Below, in pieces: positions 9,924-19,790 of a stretch of 64,000 nt of DNA. The notes beneath the pieces are model-generated. The model was not told where the DNA came from and searched no databases. It was given only the letters and a program-made list of their open reading frames with translations. Source of the stretch: Chitinophaga sp. (GTDB lineage Bacteria; Bacteroidota; Bacteroidia; Chitinophagales; Chitinophagaceae); NCBI RefSeq assembly GCF_017745275.1, contig NZ_JAGHZS010000001.1, positions 1,353,449 to 1,417,448 of the forward strand, given 5' to 3'. Positions within the stretch are counted from its first letter, which is position 1. Each line of letters starts with the position of its first letter. Made by a program: the position numbers and the translations under genes.

Positions 9924-12503
9924 TTATGCAGAGTTTCTACCTGCGTTGATAATACCGAATGAACAACGCATAATGAGTTTCTCGTACGTTTCCCTGCCAT
10001 GGCCATTGTCCGGGTGTGAATCCAGTTCCCGGATACGGGTCAGCGCATATTGCTGCGTAGTTAGCAACGGCAGCACCACTCTTTCACGCATTTGTATAGA
10101 CAATAAGTCAATCGGACTACCTCCCATCAATTCAGTTTCGTTTGTCAGCTGCAACAAATATTTGCGGGTCAATTCAAATTCAGCATAGATCATCTGCCAT
10201 ACTTCACCGTATTGCGGATGTTTGGCCAGGTAGGCTGTCAGCGGGAAATAGCTTTTCTTCATCGCCATTTCGCAGTTGTCCAGCAGTGTGCGGAAAAACA
10301 GTGAATGTTTATACAACGCCGTTACTTCTTCCCATTTACCTTGTTTATCCAGCTGTTCCAGCGCACTGCCCACACCATAATATCCGGGTACATTCTGTTT
10401 CAGCTGGCTCCAGGCGCCTACGTAAGGTACTGCTCTCAGGTCGTTGAGATTGAGTTTAGCAGAGGCATTACGTTTACTGGGACGGCTGCCGATATTGGCT
10501 TCTGCATAATAGCGCAGTGGGCTGGCATGATCCAGGTAGGCGAGGAAATGCGGGTGTGTTTTTAATTTATTGTAAGATTTATATCCTTCATCGGCCAGCA
10601 ACTGCAGCAAATCTTCTTCTGATTTGGTGAGTGTAACATCGCGGGAAGAAAACAATTCATTACTGATGCCTGCGTGAATCAGTTGTTCCATGTTGAATTG
10701 CGCAGCATCAACGGTACCAAAGTTAGAGCTGATAGTTTGCCCCTGTATGGTTTGTTGAATTTCCTGGTTGGCAATATTTCTACCCATGGAAGCGTAGAAC
10801 TGGTGCGTTTTTCCACCACCACGTGCCGGAGGACCTCCCCTGCCATCGAAAAACACCACGCTGATACCATATTCTTTAGAGATCTTGGTCAGCTCTTCTT
10901 TTGCCTTATAGATGCTCCAGTTGGCCATCAGGTAGCCGCCGTCTTTGGTGCCGTCGGAGAAGCCGAGCATAATGGTTTGCTTACACTGGCGGCGACGCAG
11001 GTGTTCGCGGTAGTCTTTATTTTCATACAGCAACTTCATCACCTGGCCTGCGTGACGCAGGTCATCGATGGTTTCGAAGAGCGGTACAATGTCTACGGTC
11101 ATGTCTTCTTTCTTCCATCCACTCAGCAGGAACAGGCCATATACTTCCATCACATTGAGCACGCTGGTGCTGTGACTGATAATATAGCGGTTACATCCTT
11201 CTTCTCCATTGGCGGCCTGTATTTGTTTGATGCCGGCAATAGTTTGCAGGGTATCCTGGTGCAGGGAGTTTTCCAGCGTCATCGGATCAATGGCACCGGA
11301 GACGTTGAGCAATGCTGCAATTTTTTCCTCGTCAGGCAGGGAAGTATAGTTATCCGGCAGCGCCTTGGCCTGCGCTGCCACGGCCTCCAGTACGGCTTCG
11401 TGTACGGAGCTGTCCTGGCGGATATCGAGGGAGGCAAAGAACAATCCAAATACTTCCACTTTGCTGATCAGGTTATCTACCAGGTGAACGAACAGGCCGT
11501 TGTGATCGGCGAGGATCGTGCTACGTATATCCGACAACGTGGCCAGGATTTCTTTGCGGCTGATATCTGCTTTATGACCGGGAACGAAGAGATTGCGGGA
11601 CAGCTTTTGTTCCAGGGCAGCCACCACATTTTCCACCCCTTTAAAGGTAAGGCGACGGCGCAGGTTACGTACTTCGCGGAAATAGCATTTCATCACGGAA
11701 GAACGCAGGGCTGCGGCCACTTCCAGGGTGGTTGGTGCATTTACGAAAGGATTGCCGTCGCGGTCGCCACCAGGCCAGAAGCCCATGCGGATAAGGGAAT
11801 TATCGCTGCTGATAGCGCCGGGGAATTGTGCCCGGATAGACGACAGGATGCGGCCGGCAGACTGATAGAATATATTTTCCAGGAACCACACCAGGCTGAT
11901 GGCTTCATCATACGGGGTAGGTTTCTCTTTTTTGAAAAAAGGTGTTTTACCCAGCTGTTGCAGGTACATATTTACCTGGCTGGTATTTTCATCGATCAGG
12001 GCTTTAGACAGGTCATTAATAATACCTAATACTTCGCCTGGATAAAACTGGGTAGGGTGTGCGGTGAGAACCAGCCGCACGGAAAAGTCTTTCAGCTTTT
12101 CCTTCAGTTGCTCCTGTGCCTGCTCCTGGATTACTTCCGATTGCAGGTGACGGAGGGTACCGGCCCCTTGCAGGTCGCGGATATTGCGGAATGCAGCATC
12201 TTCGAGTGCGTCAAATAATACGACTTGTCTTTCAGCGTATTGCACAAAGCGGAATAGCAGGTCTGTTCGCTGTTTCTCCTCTGTATAAGTGGTATACTGT
12301 TTAAAAAAGGAATCCATGATTTCCTGGGGGCTGTTGCCTTTGGCATAACCTTCCTCGCAATGCAGCAGGAAAAGCGACAGGAACACACCTGTCTTTTCCA
12401 CGCGGTGGAAAGGTAATGAGGTGAAAAGGCTATTATACAGCTGGAACTTGGTACCAACGAGGTTCTTAAACTGTTGCAGCGAGTTATTTACCGGCGCTTC
12501 CAT
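9924..12503 (-). CDS. ppc: Phosphoenolpyruvate carboxylase
   Basis: 859 aa carrying the PEPC signatures VLTAHPTQ and FDGRGGPPARGGG. Confidence 0.95.
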   Translation of the reverse strand: MEAPVNNSLQQFKNLVGTKFQLYNSLFTSLPFHRVEKTGVFLSLFLLHCEEGYAKGNSPQEIMDSFFKQYTTYTEEKQRTDLLFRFVQYAERQVVLFDALEDAAFRNIRDLQGAGTLRHLQSEVIQEQAQEQLKEKLKDFSVRLVLTAHPTQFYPGEVLGIINDLSKALIDENTSQVNMYLQQLGKTPFFKKEKPTPYDEAISLVWFLENIFYQSAGRILSSIRAQFPGAISSDNSLIRMGFWPGGDRDGNPFVNAPTTLEVAAALRSSVMKCYFREVRNLRRRLTFKGVENVVAALEQKLSRNLFVPGHKADISRKEILATLSDIRSTILADHNGLFVHLVDNLISKVEVFGLFFASLDIRQDSSVHEAVLEAVAAQAKALPDNYTSLPDEEKIAALLNVSGAIDPMTLENSLHQDTLQTIAGIKQIQAANGEEGCNRYIISHSTSVLNVMEVYGLFLLSGWKKEDMTVDIVPLFETIDDLRHAGQVMKLLYENKDYREHLRRRQCKQTIMLGFSDGTKDGGYLMANWSIYKAKEELTKISKEYGISVVFFDGRGGPPARGGGKTHQFYASMGRNIANQEIQQTIQGQTISSNFGTVDAAQFNMEQLIHAGISNELFSSRDVTLTKSEEDLLQLLADEGYKSYNKLKTHPHFLAYLDHASPLRYYAEANIGSRPSKRNASAKLNLNDLRAVPYVGAWSQLKQNVPGYYGVGSALEQLDKQGKWEEVTALYKHSLFFRTLLDNCEMAMKKSYFPLTAYLAKHPQYGEVWQMIYAEFELTRKYLLQLTNETELMGGSPIDLLSIQMRERVVLPLLTTQQYALTRIRELDSHPDNGHGRETYEKLIMRCSFGIINAGRNSA

Positions 12504-12640
12504 ACTAATTATCCGTTTATAGTGCTAAAGAAGAAGACTAAGCGGCCGTTAAATTAATAATTATTGCGGTAATTTTTAAATTTTTTGATTTTTGTTTGAC
12601 ATACATACAGAAAGTTTGAATATTATCAAATAAAACAACT

Positions 12641-12677
12641 TAAAAAAACAATCCCGGCCACTTCATGTGTGCCGGGA
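12641..12677 (-). terminator. Rho-independent terminator after the TonB-like gene
   Basis: On the minus strand the stem TCCCGGC...GCCGGGA (12652-12677) is followed by TTGTTTTTTTTA. Confidence 0.75.
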
Positions 12678-12789
12678 CTGGTATCAGGATTAGAATGCGC
12701 AGGTTAAATGGTAAGCCAAATGGATGCAGGCCGGATAAACAGGACAGACGAATTTGATGGGTGAAACAATTAATGATGGTTTGAGTTGA

Positions 12790-13626
12790 CTATTGGCCCA
12801 GTACGAACCGGATAGGCAGGTTAAAGAATACAGCTACATTTTGTCCGTTCTGACGACCGGGTTTCCACTTCGGCATGTTGCTTACCACACGTTTGGCTTC
12901 TTCTTCAAGACCACCACCTTTTGCAGCGCCTACGGTTTTTACATCTGTGATGCTGCCATCGCGGTTCACAACAAACTGGATGAAAACGGTACCTTGAATA
13001 TCATTTTCCTGTGCTACGTGGGGATATTTTATACTCTTATTGAGATATTTCCCCAATGCAACTTCTCCTCCGGGAAACTCCGGCATCATTTCTACAAAAG
13101 TAAGTGGGCCTGCATGATCGGCTGCTGGTGCGGCTTCCACTTGTATCACACCTGTACCGGGGCCTTTGGATAATTCTGCAGCAACGCCATCATCCGGGCC
13201 TTCTGCATTCTCTATACCAATGGCTTTGTTACCGATTTCATTCATCTTGGGAGGCAATGACTCTTCAGGCACTTCTCCTGCTACAATCTCTGGTTTCACA
13301 AAAGCAACAGTAGCTGCTACCGGTGGTGGCGCGCTCTGAACAGGCGGTGGTGGCGGAATTACCGGATCAGGATCTGGAATTTTAATGTCATCCAAGATGG
13401 CTACTGGTTTTACCAACACAGGCCGATGCACATTGTCCGCAGCCATTAATGTGTTGTTCAATACATAGCCGCCAATCATTACCAACACAATAGAAGCGGT
13501 ACCTACTATGGCGTTACGAACACGTTTGTCGTAGCGGCTGCGGAGCTCATAAGCTCCGTAATCTTTATTCCTTCCGTCGAAGAGAATGTCGAGGAATTCA
13601 TTCCCCGGGATCTTAGTTGAGTCCAT
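12790..13626 (-). CDS. Energy transducer TonB family protein
   Basis: It has an N-terminal anchor helix, a Pro-rich spacer PDPDPVIPPPPPVQSAPPP and a C-terminal TonB domain (YPHVAQENDIQGTVFIQFVVNRDGSITDVK). The start was moved to the ATG at 13624-13626 (MDSTKIPGNEF...). The ATG at 13671 is an alternative. Confidence 0.85.
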   Translation of the reverse strand: MDSTKIPGNEFLDILFDGRNKDYGAYELRSRYDKRVRNAIVGTASIVLVMIGGYVLNNTLMAADNVHRPVLVKPVAILDDIKIPDPDPVIPPPPPVQSAPPPVAATVAFVKPEIVAGEVPEESLPPKMNEIGNKAIGIENAEGPDDGVAAELSKGPGTGVIQVEAAPAADHAGPLTFVEMMPEFPGGEVALGKYLNKSIKYPHVAQENDIQGTVFIQFVVNRDGSITDVKTVGAAKGGGLEEEAKRVVSNMPKWKPGRQNGQNVAVFFNLPIRFVLGQ

Positions 13627-13778
13627 GGTAATTTGTTTTTTAATTAGATGTGCGGCAGAAATATTTTCCATACGGTTATTGAAAATATTTTTTCCCGGAG
13701 ATGGGGAGCGCTGTGAGGCTACAGGATAGCGCGATCGCGGATGCGGGTATATAATAATGATATAACCCTGGCGGTTAT

Positions 13779-13812
13779 ATAAAAATAGAAGTCCCGACGG
13801 TTGTCGGGACTT
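13779..13812 (-). terminator. Terminator-like hairpin in the ORF-poor region upstream of the TonB gene
   Basis: The hairpin AAGTCCCGAC-GGTT-GTCGGGACTT is followed on the minus strand by CTATTTTTAT. No confident gene lies upstream of it. Confidence 0.5.
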
Positions 13813-14681
13813 GCTGGCACTGGGGACCTTACCTGGAAACAAGTGGCTCCTTTTATTCAATCAGGCTTTCCGAAAAAGGTATAGTCGTACACGTTATATG
13901 TAGTCACCACTTCCGGATAATATCTTCATGTAATGGTTGGTAAGTGGCGATGAATGTGTTTACATGCTTCAGTTTTTCGGGGCAGTTACCAACAAATCCC
14001 ACCAGAATTGTTTGAGGCAACGCCCCTTTGAACTGAAGTCGATCGTTTAATTTCATTGGATAGTAACAAGTCTTGTTTGGCTGCGCACACAAAACGTGTA
14101 TGCGTCAACGTTATATTATATCTATTAATGGTTGGTAAAAATTAAATAGCATTGTTTTCATATTAAACTGAGTAAGGTAACAACGAAGGTGTTAGTTTTA
14201 AATGCCAGGAGGATGCGGGTAAGTATGTTGCGGATAATTTACCACCAATAAATTTTTGCAATATACTGTCCCCGCACGCCACACCAGGCATTCTATTTAC
14301 AGCTTACAGAACGCAAGATCTTTCATCAACAACTGCAACACGCAGCCGTTTGTATGTAACGGGAACAGGTGATATTCTCCACGAATTGATGCGTGTGGGA
14401 ACGCATTCCACTTGTCAGCGTGTGCCTTTTCATAGTGTATTTTTATTTACACGTTTTTTATAATGATGGCTGCAACACCTTGCTGGTGGATCAAAGGATG
14501 CCGGAAGCGTTTTGCCGATTGCTTCCCTTATCGTAGCAGACGATATTAGTCTACTGAATTGGTAGACAAATATAGGATGGGGTTTTATTAATTCCAAATT
14601 ATTGAAAGACTTTTTTGTTATTTTTCTTTCACCGCAGGGGTGGCTGTGATGGAGACTACAACAAAAGCGTATTTTTGCGCC

Positions 14682-15512
14682 ATGAAAGAGCATTTGAAAA
14701 ATATTTTACTCATTGTGGCCGGTGCCCTCATCTTCGCAGTAGGCATCAACTACCTGGCTATCCCTAACAAATTATCTGAAGGGGGCGTAATTGGTATTAC
14801 CATCGTGACTTATTACTACTGGGGGTGGTCACCCGGTATCACCAACCTGGTTATTAACGCCGTCCTTATTGTTACCGGCTATAAGCTGCTGGACAAACGA
14901 GGGATGCTGTATACCCTGCTGGGCATCTTCTTTTGCTCACTATTCCTCTACCTTACCGAAAAGCCCCTGATCCCGGTTACCAGTAACCCTTTGCTGGCAG
15001 CTATCTTCGCCGGATTACTGGTAGGTATCGGCATCGGGCTGGTATTCCTTTCCGGTGGTACTACCGGCGGTTCCGCCATTGTGGCCCGCCTGTTCAATAA
15101 ATACCTGGGATGGAGCCTGGGCAACGCCATGCTCATTTTTGATATTGTAGTAATACTGGCATCTTCCTTTATCATTGGTATAGAAAAAACCATGTACACC
15201 TTTATTGCGGTATACATCGGCGCCAGAACGGTAGACTATATCGTAGATGGTTTGAACACCAAGCGTGCCATCACCATCATCACCAATCACACTGACGCCA
15301 TCGCGAAGAAAATACTGGACGACATGAAACGCGGTGCTACCGTATTGCATGGACACGGTGCCTATACAAAATCTCCCAAAGAAGTGCTGTATGTGATCAT
15401 CGGTAAACAGGAGCTGATGCGCCTGAAAGCTTTGGTACAGGAAACAGATCCTGAAGCTTTTTTCGTGATACACGAAGTACATGAAGTATTTGGCAGGGGC
15501 TTCTCCAAATAA
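14682..15512 (+). CDS. YitT family membrane protein (DUF2179-type C-terminus)
   Basis: It has multiple TM helices, a GINYLAIPNKLSEGGVIG motif and a soluble C-terminal domain. The track ORF starts with GTG at 14640. In-frame ATGs lie at 14649 and 14682, so the start is uncertain. Confidence 0.75.
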   Translation: MKEHLKNILLIVAGALIFAVGINYLAIPNKLSEGGVIGITIVTYYYWGWSPGITNLVINAVLIVTGYKLLDKRGMLYTLLGIFFCSLFLYLTEKPLIPVTSNPLLAAIFAGLLVGIGIGLVFLSGGTTGGSAIVARLFNKYLGWSLGNAMLIFDIVVILASSFIIGIEKTMYTFIAVYIGARTVDYIVDGLNTKRAITIITNHTDAIAKKILDDMKRGATVLHGHGAYTKSPKEVLYVIIGKQELMRLKALVQETDPEAFFVIHEVHEVFGRGFSK

Positions 15513-15519
15513 AATTGCC

Positions 15520-15552
15520 GCTTTCGGACCGCGGCTATCGCGGTCCGAAAGC
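15520..15552. terminator. Bidirectional hairpin between convergent genes (14-bp stem)
   Basis: The hairpin is GCTTTCGGACCGCG-GCTAT-CGCGGTCCGAAAGC. The stop codon and last 5 codons of the minus-strand gene lie in the loop and right arm. Confidence 0.6.
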
Positions 15553-16608
15553 CTGCGTCCCTGTTAACGCCCGTATTAACTTTACCTCCGCTGCATTATA
15601 CGGCGTTCCATCTTTCCGGAAAATATCATGGTACCAAAGTGCAGGCTCACTTCCATCCGTCACCGGCATACCCTGCGCATACATCGTATTGGTTTTACCA
15701 GCCACCAATCCCCAGCTATAGGCGCCAATATTTTCCTGCTGCAACAACGGCATAATATTATCGAAACGGCTTCCCAGGGTGCGCGCCATATATTCTGTAC
15801 AAAGCAACGGACGATTAAATGGGCGCAACTGCTGAATATCCTGCCGGTGCATATCCGGCGGCAGATAGTTGTGATACGTAATGATGTCGGAATGTGCTAC
15901 CCCATACTCACTCAGCTCCTCTAAATCCGGGTTCCAGACACCTACGGTTAAAGGCTGTGAAGGCTTTGCTGCCCGGCTCCAGCGAAACACGTCCTCCAGC
16001 AGGGACATACTTCTGTTGCCAGCTCCAAAGCTGCCTGGCTCATTATAAAGGTCCCAAAACACGACACGTGGATCTTTACCAAAGGTTTGGAGTATATCTT
16101 TTACATATCTCTCCAAAGTATCCTTCAACGCAGGATGATCAAAGATGGCGCTTCCGGGATCCTGCACCCAGCGCGAATTGTGCACACCTGGGATGGGTGG
16201 TGGCTGCGGACCTGCCGTATATACATTGTTCCAGCAGTCGTCGAAGAATACGAATGCAGTAGAGAGATGGTGGTGTGCAGCAATCCCCAGGTAAGTATCG
16301 ATACGCCGTTTAAAGCCATGCGCATCTTCCACCCAGGGAACATGATGCAGGTATACCCGCATAGAATTGAGGCCAATCCCTTCGGCATATCCCAGTTCCC
16401 GATCGATAGTAGCAGAGTCGAAAGTAGCGGCCTGCCACATTTCCAGTTGGTTTACTGCGGTGCTGGGAATAAAATTACATCCGCGGAGCCAGCCTTTGCC
16501 GGCATACCATTGCTGTGCTTTTTCGATGGGCCAGGTATCAGCAGGAGCTTGTTTACAGGCAGTTACCAGGAGGGTTATCCCACATACTGCCATTAATTTG
16601 TTGAGCAT
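15535..16608 (-). CDS. Clan GH-A glycoside hydrolase (GH5-like cellulase/xylanase-family), lipoprotein
   Basis: FWDLYNEPG provides the acid/base NEP motif and LLCTEYM the nucleophile TE motif. The start was moved to the ATG at 16606-16608 (MLNKLMAVCGITLLVTAC, a lipobox). Confidence 0.7.
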   Translation of the reverse strand: MLNKLMAVCGITLLVTACKQAPADTWPIEKAQQWYAGKGWLRGCNFIPSTAVNQLEMWQAATFDSATIDRELGYAEGIGLNSMRVYLHHVPWVEDAHGFKRRIDTYLGIAAHHHLSTAFVFFDDCWNNVYTAGPQPPPIPGVHNSRWVQDPGSAIFDHPALKDTLERYVKDILQTFGKDPRVVFWDLYNEPGSFGAGNRSMSLLEDVFRWSRAAKPSQPLTVGVWNPDLEELSEYGVAHSDIITYHNYLPPDMHRQDIQQLRPFNRPLLCTEYMARTLGSRFDNIMPLLQQENIGAYSWGLVAGKTNTMYAQGMPVTDGSEPALWYHDIFRKDGTPYNAAEVKLIRALTGTQAFGPR

Positions 16609-16790
16609 AGGGGCAAGGATTAAGGGGTATCTAAAAATAATCAATTTTGAGATCTCCCGCAGGGATTTGTGATCCCCATATCTTTTTCTTCGACATTTCA
16701 TATTTGGTTTTTGAATTTTAGATGTATATATTGTAGTCGCTCAACGCTCTTTTCATTCCTTACCGTCTTATCAACCATAATTAAAGGGAA

Positions 16791-17912
16791 ATGACACAAA
16801 GCTCTCAACGCTTTTTACCGCTGGATGTATTCCGCGGCATGACCGTTTGTTTCATGATCATAGTGAACACAGGCGGTACAGGTGGAACATACTGGCCACT
16901 CGATCATGCCGCCTGGCATGGATGGACGCCCACCGACCTTGTATTTCCTTCGTTTCTTTTTGCTGTTGGCAATGCTATGAGCTTCAGCATGAGAAAATAT
17001 GAACAACTGGGAAATTCAGCGGTGCTCGGAAAGATTTTCAAGCGCACCCTGATTATTTTCCTCCTGGGCTACCTGATGTACTGGTTCCCGTTTTTTGAAC
17101 AAACCGATCATGGCATCGTGTTCAAACCATTTAGTGAAACCCGCGTACTGGGCGTATTACAACGTATCGCTCTTTGTTATGGTATAGCTTCGCTGTTAAT
17201 CCATTACTGCTCTAAAAAAGTGGTATGGGGTGTCAGTGCCCTGTTTCTGCTGGGCTACTGGGCTATCCTATGGTATTGCGGTACACCGGGTGATCAATAC
17301 AGCATGACCGGCAACGCCGGCATCTTCCTCGATAAAGCGATACTGGGCGAAGGCCATATGTACCACGGCGAAGGCATTGCGTTTGATCCGGAAGGTATAC
17401 TCAGTACCATTCCCGCAGTAGTAAACGTAGTAGCCGGTTACTATGCTGGTTTATTTATACAGCAACAAGGCAGAACCAAACAAGGCCTCATGCGCATGGT
17501 GATGGTAGGTATTGTGCTTTTTGCACTGGCTTATGCCTGGAATACCGTATTCCCTATCAACAAAAAACTGTGGACCAGCTCTTATGTGCTGCTGACCATT
17601 AGCATAGACCTGTTCCTCTTATCACTGCTCATCTTTATCATTGATATCGCCGGATTTACCAAAGGCACCGGATTTTTTACCGTATTCGGAAAAAACCCAC
17701 TATTCCTTTACCTGTTGTCGGAGATCCTGGCTATCATATTCTGGACCGCACATGTAGGAGGCGACTCTTTGTATAAGTGGATCAACGATACTATTTTTCA
17801 GCCGCTGTCGCCGGGCAAGTTCGGGTCACTGTTATTCTCGCTGGCATTCATGCTTACCTGCTGGCTGGTAGGATACATTTTGGATAAACGTAAAATTTAC
17901 GTGCGGGTATAG
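16791..17912 (+). CDS. Heparan-alpha-glucosaminide N-acetyltransferase-like membrane acyltransferase (DUF5009/DUF1624 type)
   Basis: 373 aa and polytopic. The N-terminus RFLPLDVFRGMTVCFMIIVN is typical of this family. Confidence 0.75.
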   Translation: MTQSSQRFLPLDVFRGMTVCFMIIVNTGGTGGTYWPLDHAAWHGWTPTDLVFPSFLFAVGNAMSFSMRKYEQLGNSAVLGKIFKRTLIIFLLGYLMYWFPFFEQTDHGIVFKPFSETRVLGVLQRIALCYGIASLLIHYCSKKVVWGVSALFLLGYWAILWYCGTPGDQYSMTGNAGIFLDKAILGEGHMYHGEGIAFDPEGILSTIPAVVNVVAGYYAGLFIQQQGRTKQGLMRMVMVGIVLFALAYAWNTVFPINKKLWTSSYVLLTISIDLFLLSLLIFIIDIAGFTKGTGFFTVFGKNPLFLYLLSEILAIIFWTAHVGGDSLYKWINDTIFQPLSPGKFGSLLFSLAFMLTCWLVGYILDKRKIYVRV

Positions 17913-18050
17913 GAAGAGCAGAAAGCGGAAAGCAGAAAGCAAAAAGCTATTAAAGCGAACCACCAAAGCGGATAAGTAATTTAAATACTCGCTTTGGTGG
18001 TTCGCTTTAATAGCTTTTTGCTTTCTGCTTTCCGCTTTCTGCTTTTTCCT
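17911..18050. repeat. Long-hairpin element E (~60-nt arms with one indel, 19-nt loop) with AGCNNAA heptads
   Basis: Arms are 17911-17970 and 17990-18050. AGC recurs at 17917, 17924, 17931, 17938 and 17945 (period 7). The element begins inside the TAG stop (17910-17912) of the upstream gene and ends 24 nt before the next ATG. Confidence 0.9.
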
Positions 18051-18073
18051 ATATTGTAACCAAAACAAATCCA

Positions 18074-18859
18074 ATGGACCTCTCACTGAATGGAAAAACA
18101 GCCCTGGTATGTGGCAGCTCACAGGGAATAGGATTAGCTACAGCAGAAGAACTGGCATTATTGGGCGCCACCTGCATTTTGTTGGCCAGGAATGAAGATC
18201 GTCTGAAAAGCGTGCTCCCTGGCCTGAGTACAAACCAGGGACAACAACACCGGTATGTAGTGGCTGATTTTTCGGAAGTGGCGCAGGTAACTGCGGTGGC
18301 GACGGGTATTGCAGCACAGGGTCCTGTGCATATCCTGGTCAACAATACCGGCGGACCCGCTGCCGGCCCTATTTTATCTGCCGATGCTACTGCATTCACT
18401 GACGCGTTTTCGCAGCACCTGCTCTGTAACCAGGCATTGGCACAAGCCCTGGTGCCAGGCATGATCGCCGCAGGTTTTGGTCGCATTATCAATATTATTT
18501 CTACTTCTGTAAAAACGCCGCTTAAAAACCTGGGGGTATCTAATACTACCCGCTGGGCAGTAGCTGCATGGTCTAAAACGCTGGCTACAGAGCTGGCCCC
18601 ACATGGTATTACGGTCAATAATGTATTGCCGGGATCAACCAGTACGGCGCGGTTGGAAGGCTTATTCCGCAGTAGTGCGGCTGCCAGGAATGTGTCGCCG
18701 GAAGTAGTGGCGGCCGAGTGGCTGAAAGAAATACCCATGCAGCGTTTCGGGGAAGCCCGGGAGATAGCTGCCCTGGCCGCTTTCCTCGCTTCGCCTGCCG
18801 CCGCTTATATTACCGGCACCAGCACTGCAGTAGATGGTGGGAAAACACCCGTGATGTAA
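18074..18859 (+). CDS. SDR family oxidoreductase (FabG-like, atypical catalytic residues)
   Basis: 261 aa with GSSQGIG and NNTG motifs. By eye, the canonical YxxxK position reads S-N-T-T-R. Confidence 0.85.
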   Translation: MDLSLNGKTALVCGSSQGIGLATAEELALLGATCILLARNEDRLKSVLPGLSTNQGQQHRYVVADFSEVAQVTAVATGIAAQGPVHILVNNTGGPAAGPILSADATAFTDAFSQHLLCNQALAQALVPGMIAAGFGRIINIISTSVKTPLKNLGVSNTTRWAVAAWSKTLATELAPHGITVNNVLPGSTSTARLEGLFRSSAAARNVSPEVVAAEWLKEIPMQRFGEAREIAALAAFLASPAAAYITGTSTAVDGGKTPVM

Positions 18860-18984
18860 TTTGTTGTAACTAAAAAGCCGGTAGCACCCAACGGTACTAC
18901 CGGCTAATTCAGATAGTTATCTCTCGTATAAATATTTCGTATACCCGTTACTGTTATCACAAACATGTATACCTGTTGTCATCC

Positions 18985-19611
18985 TCAGCAGGGATTAAAA
19001 TTCACTACACGTACCAGTTTCCCGTTTTCGAAATACAACTGTACACTACTGTCGCTTTCCATACTATAGGAATCGCGGAGCGTGATCATATCTGTTTTCC
19101 CTTCATTTTCTGCCTGCAATGCGGCATTAGGGAAAAGTTTGCTCACCTCTTCCCAGGTAGTGTTTCCGGTGAGCGTTATTTTGCCCAGTTTGAGTTCATT
19201 GTCCGGAGAGAATACAAATTCCTCGCAGGCAACAGAATCTTTACAAAGCTCGAAGGTGGAACCTTTAATATAAAAATAGCTAAAGTCGTCGTCAAACTGT
19301 GATCCGCAGATATCTTCATTAGCAGTAGAAATAATGCTGTCTGCCGCTGCGATGCTGCTTTCCAGGCGCTGCCGGTTGGTAAACAACGGTACTTTGCCAT
19401 TGATCAGTGCTTTCGAAAATTCAAACACTTCCACTTTATCCCAGGAAATGTTATGACGGCGGTGCGGCTCCTGCATAGAGTCATCTGCGGCAGTGAGGGG
19501 CTGAATGGTGGTAGCTGCGGCTGCTACTGCCAGCGTATCTGGTTCTTCCTGTTTTGGCTGATGGCAGGCAGCCAACGTAATTACTGTTAGCAATAAAACT
19601 ATTCTATTCAT
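18985..19611 (-). CDS. Hypothetical lipoprotein
   Basis: 208 aa with a signal peptide and lipobox (LLTVITLAAC). No recognisable domain. Confidence 0.55.
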   Translation of the reverse strand: MNRIVLLLTVITLAACHQPKQEEPDTLAVAAAATTIQPLTAADDSMQEPHRRHNISWDKVEVFEFSKALINGKVPLFTNRQRLESSIAAADSIISTANEDICGSQFDDDFSYFYIKGSTFELCKDSVACEEFVFSPDNELKLGKITLTGNTTWEEVSKLFPNAALQAENEGKTDMITLRDSYSMESDSSVQLYFENGKLVRVVNFNPC

Positions 19612-19725
19612 GATCGTTACTTCTTCTCAGGCCAATAACGTTGGTAATTCATAGGCCGGTAAACTAAAACTATCCTTCTTAAACACATAATTAAAATAAA
19701 TTATATTAATAGCCAAGTTATTTTT

Positions 19726-19741
19726 ATGCAATCGTTTGCAT
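19726..19741. promoter_or_regulatory. LacI-family-operator-like palindrome upstream of the GH88/105 gene
   Basis: ATGCAATCGTTTGCAT lies 50 nt upstream of the ATG at 19791. It matches the TGCAAnCGnTTGCA style of LacI/CcpA-type operators. Confidence 0.3.
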
Positions 19742-19790
19742 TAATCGGCAAAGCGCATTATATTGTTAGTATAAAACCCACGTATTATTT

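Noticed and set aside
10674-12029. 451-aa ORF on the + strand, the longest unexplained ORF in the track
   Set aside because: It lies entirely antisense to the well-supported ppc gene. Its translation is low-complexity-like with no recognisable motifs. Long antisense ORFs are expected opposite codon-biased genes.
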